The position numbers and the translations under genes are program-made. A stretch of DNA of 64,000 nt from Euglena gracilis (taxonomy: Eukaryota): the NCBI GenBank assembly GCA_039621445.1, contig CP154954.1, positions 20,694,642 to 20,758,641 of the forward strand. The letters run 5' to 3'. The notes beneath the pieces are model-generated. The model searched no databases, was not told the origin of the DNA, and saw nothing but the letters and a program-made list of their open reading frames with translations. Below are positions 1 through 47,400 of the stretch, one piece after another. Position 1 is the stretch's first letter. The number at the start of each line of letters is the position of its first letter.

Positions 1-34526
<34,526 letters not shown>

Positions 34527-34777
34527 CAGCTGGCCTGGGATTTCGCAACGTTTTCCAGCCATCTGGCATCAACTCTCTTCAGATGTTGATTTTTGTTGCG
34601 AGGAGCTTACAAAGCGCAACCAGCCACCCCATTTAAAGAGCTATGATGTGCGGACCTAGTTCACATGCAGTCGAAGACCTTTTTGATTTTTTCACGGCGA
34701 ATCAGAAACGTTTCCTTTCTCTCCCTGCCTTGACCCTCTGAAAATAAACATTTTTTTCTGCGGTATGTTTGTATGTA

Positions 34778-35172
34778 CCTCCCCCCCCCTTTGTCTAAGC
34801 ACCACCCTTGTCTAAGCACCCCCCCCCGGTTCTTACCCATCTTTTTAAAGGTCATCGTCATGGGGAGGTTTATTTTGTGTGCATTTTTAAAAGAAATTTC
34901 TCAAAAATTTCGAAATTTCTGCAACTTCTGAGACCTGATTTGGTGAGGTATTGTTGATTTCTGCATCCAAATATATGTAAGTTCAACAGTGGACCTCCAA
35001 AATAAGGGGAATTTTTCCTTTTCGGCGCGAAGCGCCGGATTTTTTTTGCAGTCAAGTTTTCCCCCTTGTCTAAGCACCACCCCCCTGGTTCTTACCCATA
35101 TTTTGGCAAAATAAGCACCACCCCCCCGGTTCTTACCCATCTTTTCCGGTGCTTAGACAAGGGAGGGGGAGG
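34778..35172. mobile_element. TA-flanked MITE (copy of 22688-23039)
   Basis: Same TIRs and interior as 22688-23039. Confidence 0.85.
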
Positions 35173-38100
35173 TAAATCGGAAGGGGCAGGCACGCCAACC
35201 CATTCCCCAAGAAGGTAGTCCTTGTTTCTAAGGCCTTTTAAGGGCAAGCTTCTGTGCCTTGGGCTGAGCCCTGGCTCACTGTAGGGTTGCAACCCCCCTG
35301 AAAACTTGTCCTCCTGGAAACTGTCCCCAACCCTCTGTCCCAGCTATTGTCCCCACCCGCATGTGTTTCATTTTGGCTTTTCGGCTTTTTTTTTTGCCAT
35401 TTTTCTCATATTTAACTGTCAAACCAGCTTTTCGGCGTTTTGCCGACGGTCTTCCAAGGGACCTGTCTCCCTGTACCCTCTAACCTGTCTCTTCCCAAAA
35501 TTCTGATGATTTTTTTCCCAAAAAGGACCGCTTCAGAAACCAGTTGCAGGTGTCTGGTTCCAAATTTGGGGGAATTTTTTCTTTTTCGGATTTTTTGCCA
35601 CTGAGTTCGAGTCAGCTTTGTTCCTCTGCCCCGGACCTGCCCATGAGATTGTCCTCCACGCTCTGTCCCCGCTGACAGGTTTCCAACCTCTTCCGCGCTG
35701 ATCTGTCTGGAGACAGGGGGGCGGTAGGTGTGAAGAGTCCGTCCTGGGAGTCAGATCGAGAATTTTGTTTGTCATTTGCATGAGGATGTATATGCTGTTG
35801 CTTGCTTGCTTGCAGGTGGAACACCATCAAATTCGATGGTTGCCAATCCCGGGCCTGCCCCACAAACCAAGTCACCCAGAAGTCACCCATACTCCGCCTC
35901 TCCTAAGTTCTGCAGTCAAATCTTTCCATGTCTTTCCTTTCCGTGCATTGTGTCCACGGCCGGTGGTTTACGTCTTGTTCTTCCCCATAAGCCCTGCTCC
36001 ACGGCAGGCGACGTTCGCACTGCATGTGTGGCAAATCTTCGCCTCCACCCATATTATTTATTTGGTTATTTATTTTTTGGTTGTGACAATGGTGATACTG
36101 CAAGGTTAATGTTGTGACGGTATTCAAAAACCGAGACAATCGGTTTTTGAAGAAAAGAAAGAATTCTTTTATTTTCAAATGATTTGATTTGATGGGTCAG
36201 TGAGAAGAGTAAGCCCCTGAACAATTGCCACAGGTCCTTGGGGCTAGCTTTTTGCCATCTGTATGCGGTATCACTTTCCAATTCGTTTCGTTTTGCTTTC
36301 TGGAGTTCTGTCCTCCGTTTGGCCCTCATTCCAAACCACTCACACCACCACCAGAGGGGATCCTGACCTTGCTGTAAACCTCATCCGGATCGTTTTAACT
36401 ACAAATCGTCAGTGCTTCGTGTTGTTGCAGTTTGCATTCCCATCTCACAACGGCTTTCGCAAATCTGACAATTTGTTGGTGAGCAGTACCACAAAATTTT
36501 AGTTAAAAGCCAGTGCCATATCCAGCCCTGGAAAAGCCATTGTCCCGGAGAAAACATTTTTCCTATGTTTGGGACACTGCAAAAAAGGGCGAAAGATGAT
36601 CAAAATATGCCATATTTGTGGGTCAAAAACTGGCATATTTGTCATTTCACTTCAAAAATGTGACTGAGAGATTCCAACCCAGCTATATTCCCGTTTTTTT
36701 GCCAGTTTTTGGGAAACAACCAACGGCCCTGCATCCGGCCGGACCCCCCTGAACCCCCTTGGGGGGGGGGGGGTGGCAAGACAGCACTTTTTTTACAGCT
36801 AGTTGGCTGGACACCCTGAGATTTAAAGAAATGTCCTTCTGCCGCAAACATCATCCATCCAATACAACGCCATTTCAAATGGCTTGTTTGAAAAAATGTC
36901 AAAATTTTCGCTTCCACTTTTTTGAGATTGTAAGAAAAATTCTTGTTTATCTGAATCAGGGGTTTTCTTAAGCCGGAGGGGACCCAACCCCCTCGGGGGA
37001 GTCCAGCCAGCCAGCACCTTTTTTCAAACCAGTACTTCCCAGCCCGACTGCGAAGCCCCCCCCCCCAGGCCAGCAAAGCCGTGTTAGACCGAAAATGTTT
37101 CGGTGCAAAAGGGCGAAAAAAAAAACACCAAAAAATGACATTTTTGGGTGGTTTTTGTGTCTTCACCCCCAAATTCGGGATGAAAATTGCGAACCCAGCT
37201 GAATTGGGGCTTTTGGGGGCATTTTTTTGGGTACCTGCTGGGTCCTGCTGCCAGCCGGCCAGAAACCCCCCCGGACCCCCACTCCTTAGAGGGGTGTGGT
37301 CCAGTCGGCACGTTTTTCCAGCCGGCCCGTGGACCCCCCCTGGCCACTATGTCCAATGACTCACCTATGTCCAACGACGCGCTGGGGCTTACTGCGAACC
37401 CTCAAACAAAGGCCTGCATCCAATGCCAATTTTTTGGCACATGCAAATCACTTTTGTGGACAACTTTTTGTGGCGGCATTTTTTGATTTACTCGGCCTTC
37501 GGCCTCGTCCAGGGGGGAGGGGACGCCCCAGACCGCCCAGCTAGTCCAAATTTGGCTAGTGTGAATTCTAGCGGAACCCCCCCCCCCGTGGGGGTGGGTG
37601 AGCGGCGCGAAGCTCCGAAAATTTTTTTGGGCGGACTCCCCAAAAATGAAAAAAAAGAATGGCTAAAATTGCCCCCTTTTTGTCCATTTTTGGCGATTTT
37701 TTTTGAACAAAACCAGCCAAAAACTGCATTAAAAACCTCATTTCCACCTCAGCGTGCAGCGCCGGAGGAATTCTTTTTTCTGGTTGGGTTGACTGATTTA
37801 TTTTGATTTCCAGTTGGGTCCATATTTTTCCAGTGTCCAGCTAAATGGCCAGCCAGTGGACCCCCCCCTGGGGTCCTTGAGCAATGGTCTGATTGGATAA
37901 AGGGTGTGGTGACAGATGGGGGGGGGGTGACAGTCGGGGGTAGGTGGTACGTGTGGGGTGACAGGGGGGGGAGGGTAGGTGGTATGTGTGCGGGGACAGT
38001 GGTGGGTGTGGGGGAGTGTGGGGGTGACCCTGGGGTATGTGTGGGTGTTTATGGGGTACGGTTCTGTGGGGTTATATTGGCGCTCCATTTTACGCCATAT

Positions 38101-38431
38101 CTCCCGATAATGGCGGGCGGTCGTTGACTGCACAGGTTTGGATATTGGGCAGAGGTGTACAAGTGACAGAATTTGCATTTTCAAAACCCGGAAAGTGTCC
38201 ATTTTGTAATTTTTTGCGTAAATTGAAATTCAAATGATTTTTCAAGGCATTCACCATTTCGCATGGAAAGAATGTTGAAAAACAAAATTCCTTTTCAGAA
38301 CAGGTGGGTCCACTCTATGAAATAATCTCCTGGAGACGTGTCCAAGCTCCAGTGCATCGTGTTTCATAAAGTTTCAGCCTTGCTCGTCTTTTGAGGTGTT
38401 CTGCAGCAGCACGTGGACGCCGGGCACCGAC

Positions 38432-38460
38432 ACCCCCTCCCCTCCGTTCCACCCCCACAG
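38432..38460 (+). promoter_or_regulatory. Possible trans-splice (or cis) acceptor: pyrimidine tract + CAG upstream of the gene 2 ATG
   Basis: ccccctcccctccgttccacccccacag lies 30 nt upstream of ATG 38490. SL trans-splicing is established in euglenozoans. Confidence 0.35.
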
Positions 38461-38489
38461 AGTGTTCTGCTCCCAGCTCCGGTGGCCAT

Positions 38490-41400
38490 ATGAGCGACCC
38501 GCTGGACCGGGTCCTCAAGCGCACATTGGCGCAGGCCGAGGATGGCAAGCCCGGGCTTCTTTTTACCTCAGAAGACTCTTCGACCGGGCTGGGTGGTTGG
38601 GGAGATTCCTCCGGGAGTCTTAAAAAGAAGCCCGGGAAGGCCCTTCTGTGGGAAATGGAACTTCCGGGACAACCTGCGGAGTGTGGCCTGCAGCCACGAC
38701 GACGCCAGTGCGTGGTGGCCAGGCATCAGCAGACCGATTTGAATGCGAGGGCACCCTACCGTCGGTTGGGCTCCCCAGAAGATAGCCGAGGGATGTTGTC
38801 ATACTGAAAACAACAACAACAATTTTTCCCAAGCTTAGCATCAAAAGTGAATTTTGTGTTGTTTTCCGCTTAATTTTCGCTTTTCATGAACTGTAGGTTT
38901 GTTGCGTATATTGAAAGAGTCCCCTGAAATTATCATTGTATTATGATTATTGTTTATCATTTTACCATTTATTATTTCATTGTTTTATTATTTTAACCAT
39001 CAACGTATATTGGGCATTTTTTTTGTTTTTTTTTTAGAGCCTGGTCTCTTTTTCAAGCAACCTGCGGGATTTTTACTGGATTTTTGCCCTAGACCTTGTT
39101 TGTGGCTTCAAAAAAATACTGAACTTGCAGTCAACTGATCAGTATGTGATCTACTTGCAGCAGTATGAACCTGGAATAAGGCATAGAAGCGGTACAAAGT
39201 TCTGATTTAAAGTGTGCATGTTTTGCGTTTTGAGAAATCTCCAAGTTAAATACCTTTCTCGTCCCAACCCCACCCAATTTTTGTTGCCGGTATATTATAT
39301 TCCTATTTTAGATGTGGGTATATTATATTCTTATCCTGCGCCCCCTGGGAAACACCAACCGGTGTCAGGTGACAGTTTCTGGGGGACAGGTTTATTTTGT
39401 ATTTGGGGAGGATTAGTATCCGAATGGACGTTGCGAGGAGTTGGCTTCTTTTGCTCTCCTCGAAAGTTTGGTCTTTGCGACCCCCCTCCTCTCATTTAAC
39501 ATTTGCGTGACCCGTCCTGCAGGAGGGGGGGGGTCGAGAATTGGTGGTTGGGCCGTGGCCGCTGGACCCCCTACCCCCGCGTGGGGGTGGGGGTGGGTGG
39601 GGTGTGCCATGGGCCAGCCAGACCCTTCCGAAGACTGGGCTGTAAAAATATAAAAACGCCTTCCGGCTGATTTAGGGTGGTTTTAGGCGAGCGGGTGGGT
39701 GGGTGGGTGGGTGGACCAGGGGTTTTTTTTTTTAGTCGGGACACCCGGGGGGGGTGGGGGGGGAGGTGGGGGGTGGGGGGAGGTGCACACCGAGCCCCCG
39801 GGGGGTCCCCGGAGGGGGGTGGGATATACTTTTCGGCGCCGAAAAGTGCTTTTTTGGCATTTTCGCGATTTTTCAGCCATTTTTTTGTGAGTCCCCAGGG
39901 ACCCCCCCGGGGGGCCCCCAGGGGGTGGGTGGGTGGGGGGGATCCCCCCTCCCCCCCGGTATTAAAAAACCCCTGGGGTGGACCCCCCCGGGGGGGGGGG
40001 GGGGCAGGGGAGGGCCCTGCCCGGCCGGCGCCTGCCCCCGCAGGACGTCCCGGGACTCCACCACCGTCACCCGGCAGACGTTCCCCGCCGGCGGCCGCCA
40101 CTCCGTCCGGCTGCGGATCGTGGCGGCGGACCTCGCGGGCCCTTTTGCGGTCGGCGCGGTGCTGGACCGCCAGGGCCAGGCCTTGGCTCGGGGCCGGCAG
40201 CTCGTCCGATATGTTTTCCCAAGCGGTGACCTAAGCTCTTTCAAGGTTTTCTGAATGCCTTTTATGGTACCAGTGAGTTTTGGTTATTTTTTTGATGCTT
40301 GTTTCAAAAGCAGTCACGCACCAACCTCCAGAGCCTAACTCCTCAGGGTTCCAGAGTTGTAGGATGGTTATTTTAATTATTTTACTCAAAATTATTGTTT
40401 TATTACGTATTTTTTTTACCACACAGTCCAAGATCCATTTTTTGTAAAATTTTGGCTTGTCATAGGCTTCGACGTGGCGTATGTCCGAAACTAGAGCTAT
40501 GCGGGCAGCCAGAGTTACATTGGTTTCTTGGGCAAAAAATTGCGGTTGTCGTAAAGACTTTTGCACCAGTGTGTTTCAAAGACTGCGTTATATTACATCA
40601 TTACCTACATGAGAAGGCCTGGTGGAGGAGAGGTTGGTCAGAGCGGGGGACTGCACCCCCCCCCCACCTGAGAGGGGGGTCGAATTTGCTCAAGGTCCCC
40701 GGATTTCTCCTGACCGCCTATTTGGCCAAGGCCTCGCAGGGACCTGAGTGGGTGTGGCCGCCAGGTCCGCTGTGCGCCAAATGCGTTTCCACATGCCGTG
40801 CCCACCCCGATCAATCCCCCTTCCCGATTTCGATACTTATTGAAGGTTTGCCGTTCCTGTCAGTCTGGGGATGGCGTGCCGGCGTTGGGTTCAACCGAGC
40901 CCCCACCCACCCCGACCCTCCGTGTCATGTTGCGTAGTCCCCTCCGGGCCCCTGCGGAGCGTTGTCATTTTGGCTGGCGCCGGCTGACTCGCAAGGTGGC
41001 AACCTCCTGGGGTGGAGAGGTGAGGTAGATGGCGAGGGAAGCCGCGGAGGAGATGGGCTGCGATGCCAGGCTCCCCCGGCTGCCGTGCCATCAGGGGTTT
41101 TTTTGTCTTGGACCCCCGGGGGGGGGGGGGGGGGTTGGGGGGGTGGATCCGGCCGAGCCCCCCCCCGGGGGGGATCCCCCCAAGCGGATATATTTTTCGG
41201 CGCCAAAATTTTTTGAAAAAGGTGCTAATTTTTTTAGCATTTTTCGCGATTGTTGGCCATTTCGGGAAAAAGTGAGTGGGTCGGGTCCCCGCCCACTCAC
41301 TTTTGGTCACCCACACCCACTTCTTTTGTGTGTTTTCCCCTCTTGACACCCTACCAATCTAGCGTCGTCAGCAGCATGAGCCCATTAGTATTATGGTTTG

Positions 41401-44400
41401 CATTGTGATGTTTGTGATGATACGTTAAATATATGATGTCATAGCTTCGTGCAATACGGATATGCAAGTTGCATAATTTGCGTTTTTTTGCATAATCGAA
41501 ATTCTGGAAAAGTGGCATTTTTTTGCATATTCCAGGTCTTTAATTAAAATTCCCTGCCATGCCATCCCCCGCCCCCACCCGGCACACGGCCCTGCCCCCG
41601 ACCACTACCTGGGGAAAGTGGCGCTGGCGGGAAGCGTGGGGCTGGTGTTCACGCGCAGGGGCGCCCGGCAGGAGGGACGGTTCATGTCCATGGGCACAGG
41701 CTGGGATGCCGGCGTTGGGACGGCGGGTCGACGGCGTTGGGACGGCAGGTGTGTTTTGGAAGATGGCTGTGTGTATGAAGTCATTTTGTGCACGGACAAC
41801 CGCTCATTTAGGCACCCCTGATGTGCGCATACACCCAGCATGCGCGGCCCGCACCCTTCTACTTTTCTCTCCAACAGCCGGCGTTTCTTGATTTAACACT
41901 ACTTTTTTATTCAACACTGTTTTTTTTCTTCAAAAAACAGCAATTTGATCAATTTCAAAAAAAAATTGGATGTCTTCGTCTGAAACCGCCTTCAAATCAT
42001 GATGCAGCTCGATGTGTTTCCTTTTCGCTGCGGGGACCAGTCCCAGCGTGTCACCGGCATGGCCATCGGCCCCCCCACCCCGGCGGTAGCACCGGGGAGC
42101 ACTGTTGCGATGACGGTGGCCGGGGGGCTGCTCACGATCACGGTGGACGGCGTGGAGCTTCCCCCGGCGGCGGTGTTGGCCAGAAGGTTGGCCCCCAGGA
42201 CAACGCAATGAAACAGCAAAAGTGCAATGAACGAAGGGGTGTGCCCCTGCTGACAGTTCACAATTGGGTTGCTCGTCATGAAGTACAGAGCACGCCACTC
42301 CCCAAACATCTTGCCCAAGGAACAGTTAACCTCGCCCCGGAGACCAGCCTGTCAAACTAATTCCCCCCCCCCTATGCCCAACGACCCCGTGGTAGGAGGC
42401 TGACGACATCTATACCCCCTCTCCCCTCCCGGGTCCATTGTTCTCTGTCCCCTTTCCCTTGCAAACTGTCCACAGTCATGAAAAACCTCTGGATGCTGCC
42501 CGGATCTCACATCAGTTTGAAGTCGCTGTCAGATGAAGGAAAATGGTCCAGTTTTTTTTTTTGGCTGTTTTTGAATTTCCTCGTCTTCCCCAACCAAGGT
42601 GGACCCAAAAAACTGCAGTTTTGAAGTGAAATCTTCCTCATTGGACCAGAATGTGTGCAACGTCCAGGGCATACCATTTTGTAATGTCTGTCGGGCCACT
42701 CCCCTCCCCCTCGGGGTGACTGACTGGTTTTTTCGGAGAGAATTGGCTGGTTTTGGCTCCAGACCCCCCCCCAGGGTCGGCCAGGAATGGCCCAAAGTGG
42801 CAAACCTGAGCCGAAGGCGCCAGAATTTTTTGGGGGGGAGGTTGGCCAGAATCCATTGTTTTAGGCCATTTTGGCTTGAGTGGCCAAAGTGACCCCCCCA
42901 TTGTTGGAAGTGAGTGACTGGTTTTTGAAAAGTTACGGACTGTTGTTTTTTTTTTGAAAGTGAAAAGTGACACCCTCCCCCGGGGGGGGGGTCGATAAGC
43001 AATGGTATGGTCTAGAATCTTCCGAGTCTTCTAAAATTTATGGGTGGCAGTAAAAGTGAGAGTCGTTTTTAGAAAGGAGCACGGTTTTTTTTTAAAAAAA
43101 ATTGGTTGTTGGACAGAGGGAGGGTGCATATATGGGGGCATTTCCTCCTCAAAGATACTTATCGCCGGATGGCAGTCTTGTTTCGACTTCCATCATGTCA
43201 ATCTTCTGGCACCGCTGGAAGGGAATTGCCGCTTTGCTGTGTCGCTGTGCCACACGGGTCAAATGGTGGAGTTCAAGTTGCTGCTCACCTCTGCTACCAT
43301 CTTTTAGGGACATCCATTCTGAGGGGGATCATTTTTTTCTGATCCAAAGGAAAGAACCATAGAAGGTGCATTTGCATTTGCTCGTGTGGTAACCCGTAAA
43401 GGAACAGTATAGTAATAATAGTAGCGGTAGTAATCATGAAGGAACAATTTTCAAAGCCTCCCTACCCATCCCTTGCTGACAGGTATATCGTTGGGACCTT
43501 GGCTAGAAACTCAGGGTGAAATTGAATCCAACGAACCCCTATGTCTAAGTCTAATTGCCCAAAATGCTTTTTGGGGGGGCTTTGGGCAGGGTATTAAGTG
43601 AGCATTGGCTTTTTTTTTGGAACTTTTCTGCCAGTACCCATGTCCCCCCGGCTGCTCCCCGGTCGTTGGACACAGGAAGGGGTTGTATATGTGGGGGGCA
43701 TTGAAAATTTCTCTTCTGGGGACATTTTCTCCCGAAAAATGCGGCAGCTTCATTTTGCATAGCCGGATGCAATCTTTTTTCAACTTCCATCATGTCAATC
43801 TTATGGCACCGCTGGAAGGGAATTGCCGCTTTGCTGTATCGCTGTGCCATACGGGTCAAATGGTGGAATACAAGTTGCTGCTCACCTCTGCAACCATCTT
43901 TTCTTTTGCAACCATCCATTCTGAGGGGAGCATTTTTTTTTCTGATCCAAAGGAAAGAACCAAAGAGGGTGCATTCTCATTCGCTGGTATGATAACCCAT
44001 AAAGGAATTGTGTAGTAAAAATAGTATTAGTAGTGGTAGTAATCATGAAGGAATATTTCTCAGAGCGTTGAAACCTGACTTTTTATTGATGTTATTTCCC
44101 CCTGGTGTTATTTGTATAATATATACATATAATATATGTATTTATTATTATAATATTTAATAACCCCCCCCAAACAACACCCCTACGGTGTGTTATTTGG
44201 GCACCCGAACCAAGGCCCCAGGGGGGGGGTGTTATTTGGGGGGGTGTTATTTTTACATGGAAAACCAAAGGAAACCAGGGGCGCTCGAAATCAGCCCCCG
44301 TGAGGGGGGGGGGTTATTTGGGGGGGGGGGTTGGGAGGGGGTTTTACATATAAATATATAATATATATACATATATATACATATATAGGGGGGGTTATTT

Positions 44401-44443
44401 GGGGGGGTTGGGAGGGGGTTTTACATATATATGTGTGTGTGTC

Positions 44444-44482
<39 letters not shown>

Positions 44483-47400
44483 ATATAGATAATATAAAAA
44501 AATATAATGTTATAATTAATATATATAATATTTTCGGGGAAAATTAGTTGAGTGGGTCCCCCGCCTCCGGGGCGACCCCAGGGGGTGGGTGGGTGGGGGG
44601 GGGGGACCGCCCCCCCGGTCTTTAAAAAAACCCCTGGTCGCAGAATTTAAGGATTTTAAAAGGCTGTCCAACGTATAAATACATGGTTTGAAAAAGGGTA
44701 CACCTCCGTGACAGAGGGGTACAAAAAGCATGGACCGGTATTTCGATATTGCACGTTCAAATGGTGGTTGGAAGGCTGCCCATCTGATGTTCAGTGATGA
44801 ACCGACGTGCTGTCCCCTGAGTTGAGAAGCTTTGGGGGGTGAACCTCTGTAATGACTTTTCCTGTTTTCAGTTCTCCGGAGAAACCGTGCCTGAGCTACG
44901 ACTTGGCTGCGATTCTTCCGGTCGACCAGGTTGTTTGGTTCCCCATTCCCCTGCAATGCAATGCATTTGCACGCGGTTGTGGGGGGGGGGGGGTGTTCAG
45001 GGACTTGCCAAGGCTTGTTGCATGACGTGCAAAGTCCAAAGTACAAGGTGGCGTTCTGCGGGCAGGCAGGAGGGGGTGCAATTTAGCCAACCCAAGTCCA
45101 AGGGGGTGGGAACAGTCAATCACTTAGTCACTAGCCGACCCCCCCCCGGGGGGTGACTGGTTTTTTTCAGAGTGACTAACTGGTTTTTGGCCCGGACCCC
45201 CTCTCTCCCACGAGGGGGGGGGGGGGCAAAAAAAACAAGTGACCCGGCGCCCAATGGCACCGGAAAATTTTTGGCCTTTTTTCACGTTTTTGGTCAAGTT
45301 TCCTTTGAATTCCAGAGTGGCCGACCCCCCCCCCGGGGGGGGTAGTGACTGACTGGTTTCCCCAAAAACAAGTGATTGACTGGTTTTTCGAAAAGTGGAG
45401 TGACCCCCCCTCCCCCAGGGGTCGGTAAAAAATTCTATGGGTGGGAATTTCATGGTGACCTGCTGAAGCGGCTGGCTCCCTGTCACTGCACGCTCGAAGC
45501 TTCACGGAGCACAACACACACAGGCACACACCACACACATACAACACACACCCACGCAAGTACCGAACTCAGGTCACACATCCAAGACCAATCGGAAAGG
45601 CAACTCACAAACGTCTACCTGTCTACCTGGGGGGATTGTCTCAGACAGTCTCCCCCCCCCCCATAGGTGGTGCCCTGCCTTATGCCCTTGCCCTCAGATG
45701 TGCTCAGGACCAACGCACCCACGACCCCAAACGACCTGGCCCCAATCAGCCGACCACACCCTTGGGCGAGGGTGGAGGACCCGCAACCGGCCAGAACGAC
45801 GCAGCGGTCAAATCCCCCACACAGGGCGTGTCATGCGCCGTGGGTTGGGTTCAACAAGAAGCGTGTCTGGGGCTGAAGTGGAGTTGATCCTGGGTCTCAT
45901 TTGACGGGGTGTTTGTTTGGAGCACGCAATTTCCAAATGTGGGGGGGGTCCCAGGGTAACAGGCTTCTTTTGTGGGGGCAGCAGTTGGCCCCAGCTGGGA
46001 CCCGAACAGGCTTGCGCTTAGTCGGGTGCCTACCCCACGGGGGGGGGTGCTAGGGGCAGGCACCCCATAGCACCCGATCCGACCCCCCCCCCCCGGGGGG
46101 GGGGAGGGCTGCCTGCCCCTAGCAGGCCCCCCCCTCCGCCCCCGGCGCCGAAGGGGCCGGGGGCCCGGAAATGGCCATTTCAATGAAAATTTTCTGGGTC
46201 CGGCCCGGACCCCTATCCCCCCCGGGGGGGGGGTGTGCCTGCTAGGGGCAGGCACCCTATAGCACCCACTCCCCCCTCCCCCCCCCCCCCGGGTGGTAAG
46301 CACAAGCATGGACCCGAAGCTGACCACCAACGGTGGGGGGGGGTGCCTGTCATTTCACCCCAGAAACGGGTCGCGCAGCTTGTTGGGGACATGGCTGCCC
46401 CAGACCGATGGCTCCTGTCACAACACAGAACCAAAGGGCATTTTCAAATCCCCCCCTGCCACACCTTGACGGTTTGTCGCGCCATCCAGTCGCGCGGGTG
46501 TTCTGTAGCGGGGGTGCCCTGCTGCCGCAGCCGGCGGGGACTGGTGCTCCATCATGGGCCACCGAGTGCTAATGCGCAGAGCGGAGACGATTCAAGGGAT
46601 CGTGGTCGCATGCACATCCATCACCACCCCCGAAAAGACTGCAGTCTCCTCGGTCCACAGAAGGCCTCCTGAACCAAGGGAGGGGCTGTGGACGCCCCTT
46701 CGACAGCCCAGGTTTGATGACTCATGTAGTTGGAGGTTGGGGGGGAATGGAACACATCTATACACACATATATTTGTTTGTATATTTATTTTCTACACCC
46801 ACAGCGGATCCACATTCTGCGGGGTCAATTTCTGGCTGAAAAAGAAAAAGCACCCGTTGACTGGGGGCTCCCCACATCAAATTAAAACTTTCATTCCCAC
46901 GTTTGGATATTTCTGACGCTCCGGTGTACACAGTCCTAGGGAATTAATATGTCATCCTTTTGATGCAAAGTCCTGGTGTGCGCGGGTAGCTAGCATACCA
47001 TTGCTTAACACCTGTCCCATCCCACCCTCGGGGGGGGGGGTGACTGACTAGTTTTTTAAGAGTAATTGACTGGTTTTCTGGCCAAGAGCCCCCCCGGGGG
47101 GTGGGGTAGGCCCGAAAATGAACAGGTGGCTGGCCCGGCGCCAAAGGCGCCGGAAATTTTTCGGGTTTTTTGAGACTTTTTGGCATTATTGCCTTGCCAA
47201 CGCAAGGATGGAAAATAACCCCCGGGGGGGGGGGGGTCGCTAAGCAATGGTGTGGTAGGAAGGGCATGCGGGGTCACCGCCGGCGGATGCGGTGCGGCTG
47301 GCCCCACTCGCATCCAAGCAGGGCACTGTGACGCGGTACGACGCCACAGACCGTATGTGCCTGGTGGAGTTCAGCAGCTCAGAGTCGCACTGGGTGCCGC

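Noticed and set aside
46991-47259. MITE 46994-47254 as a second exon-inserted intron
   Set aside because: The 3+5 excision puts TAG in frame upstream, so the element is probably intronic and only close to the acceptor.
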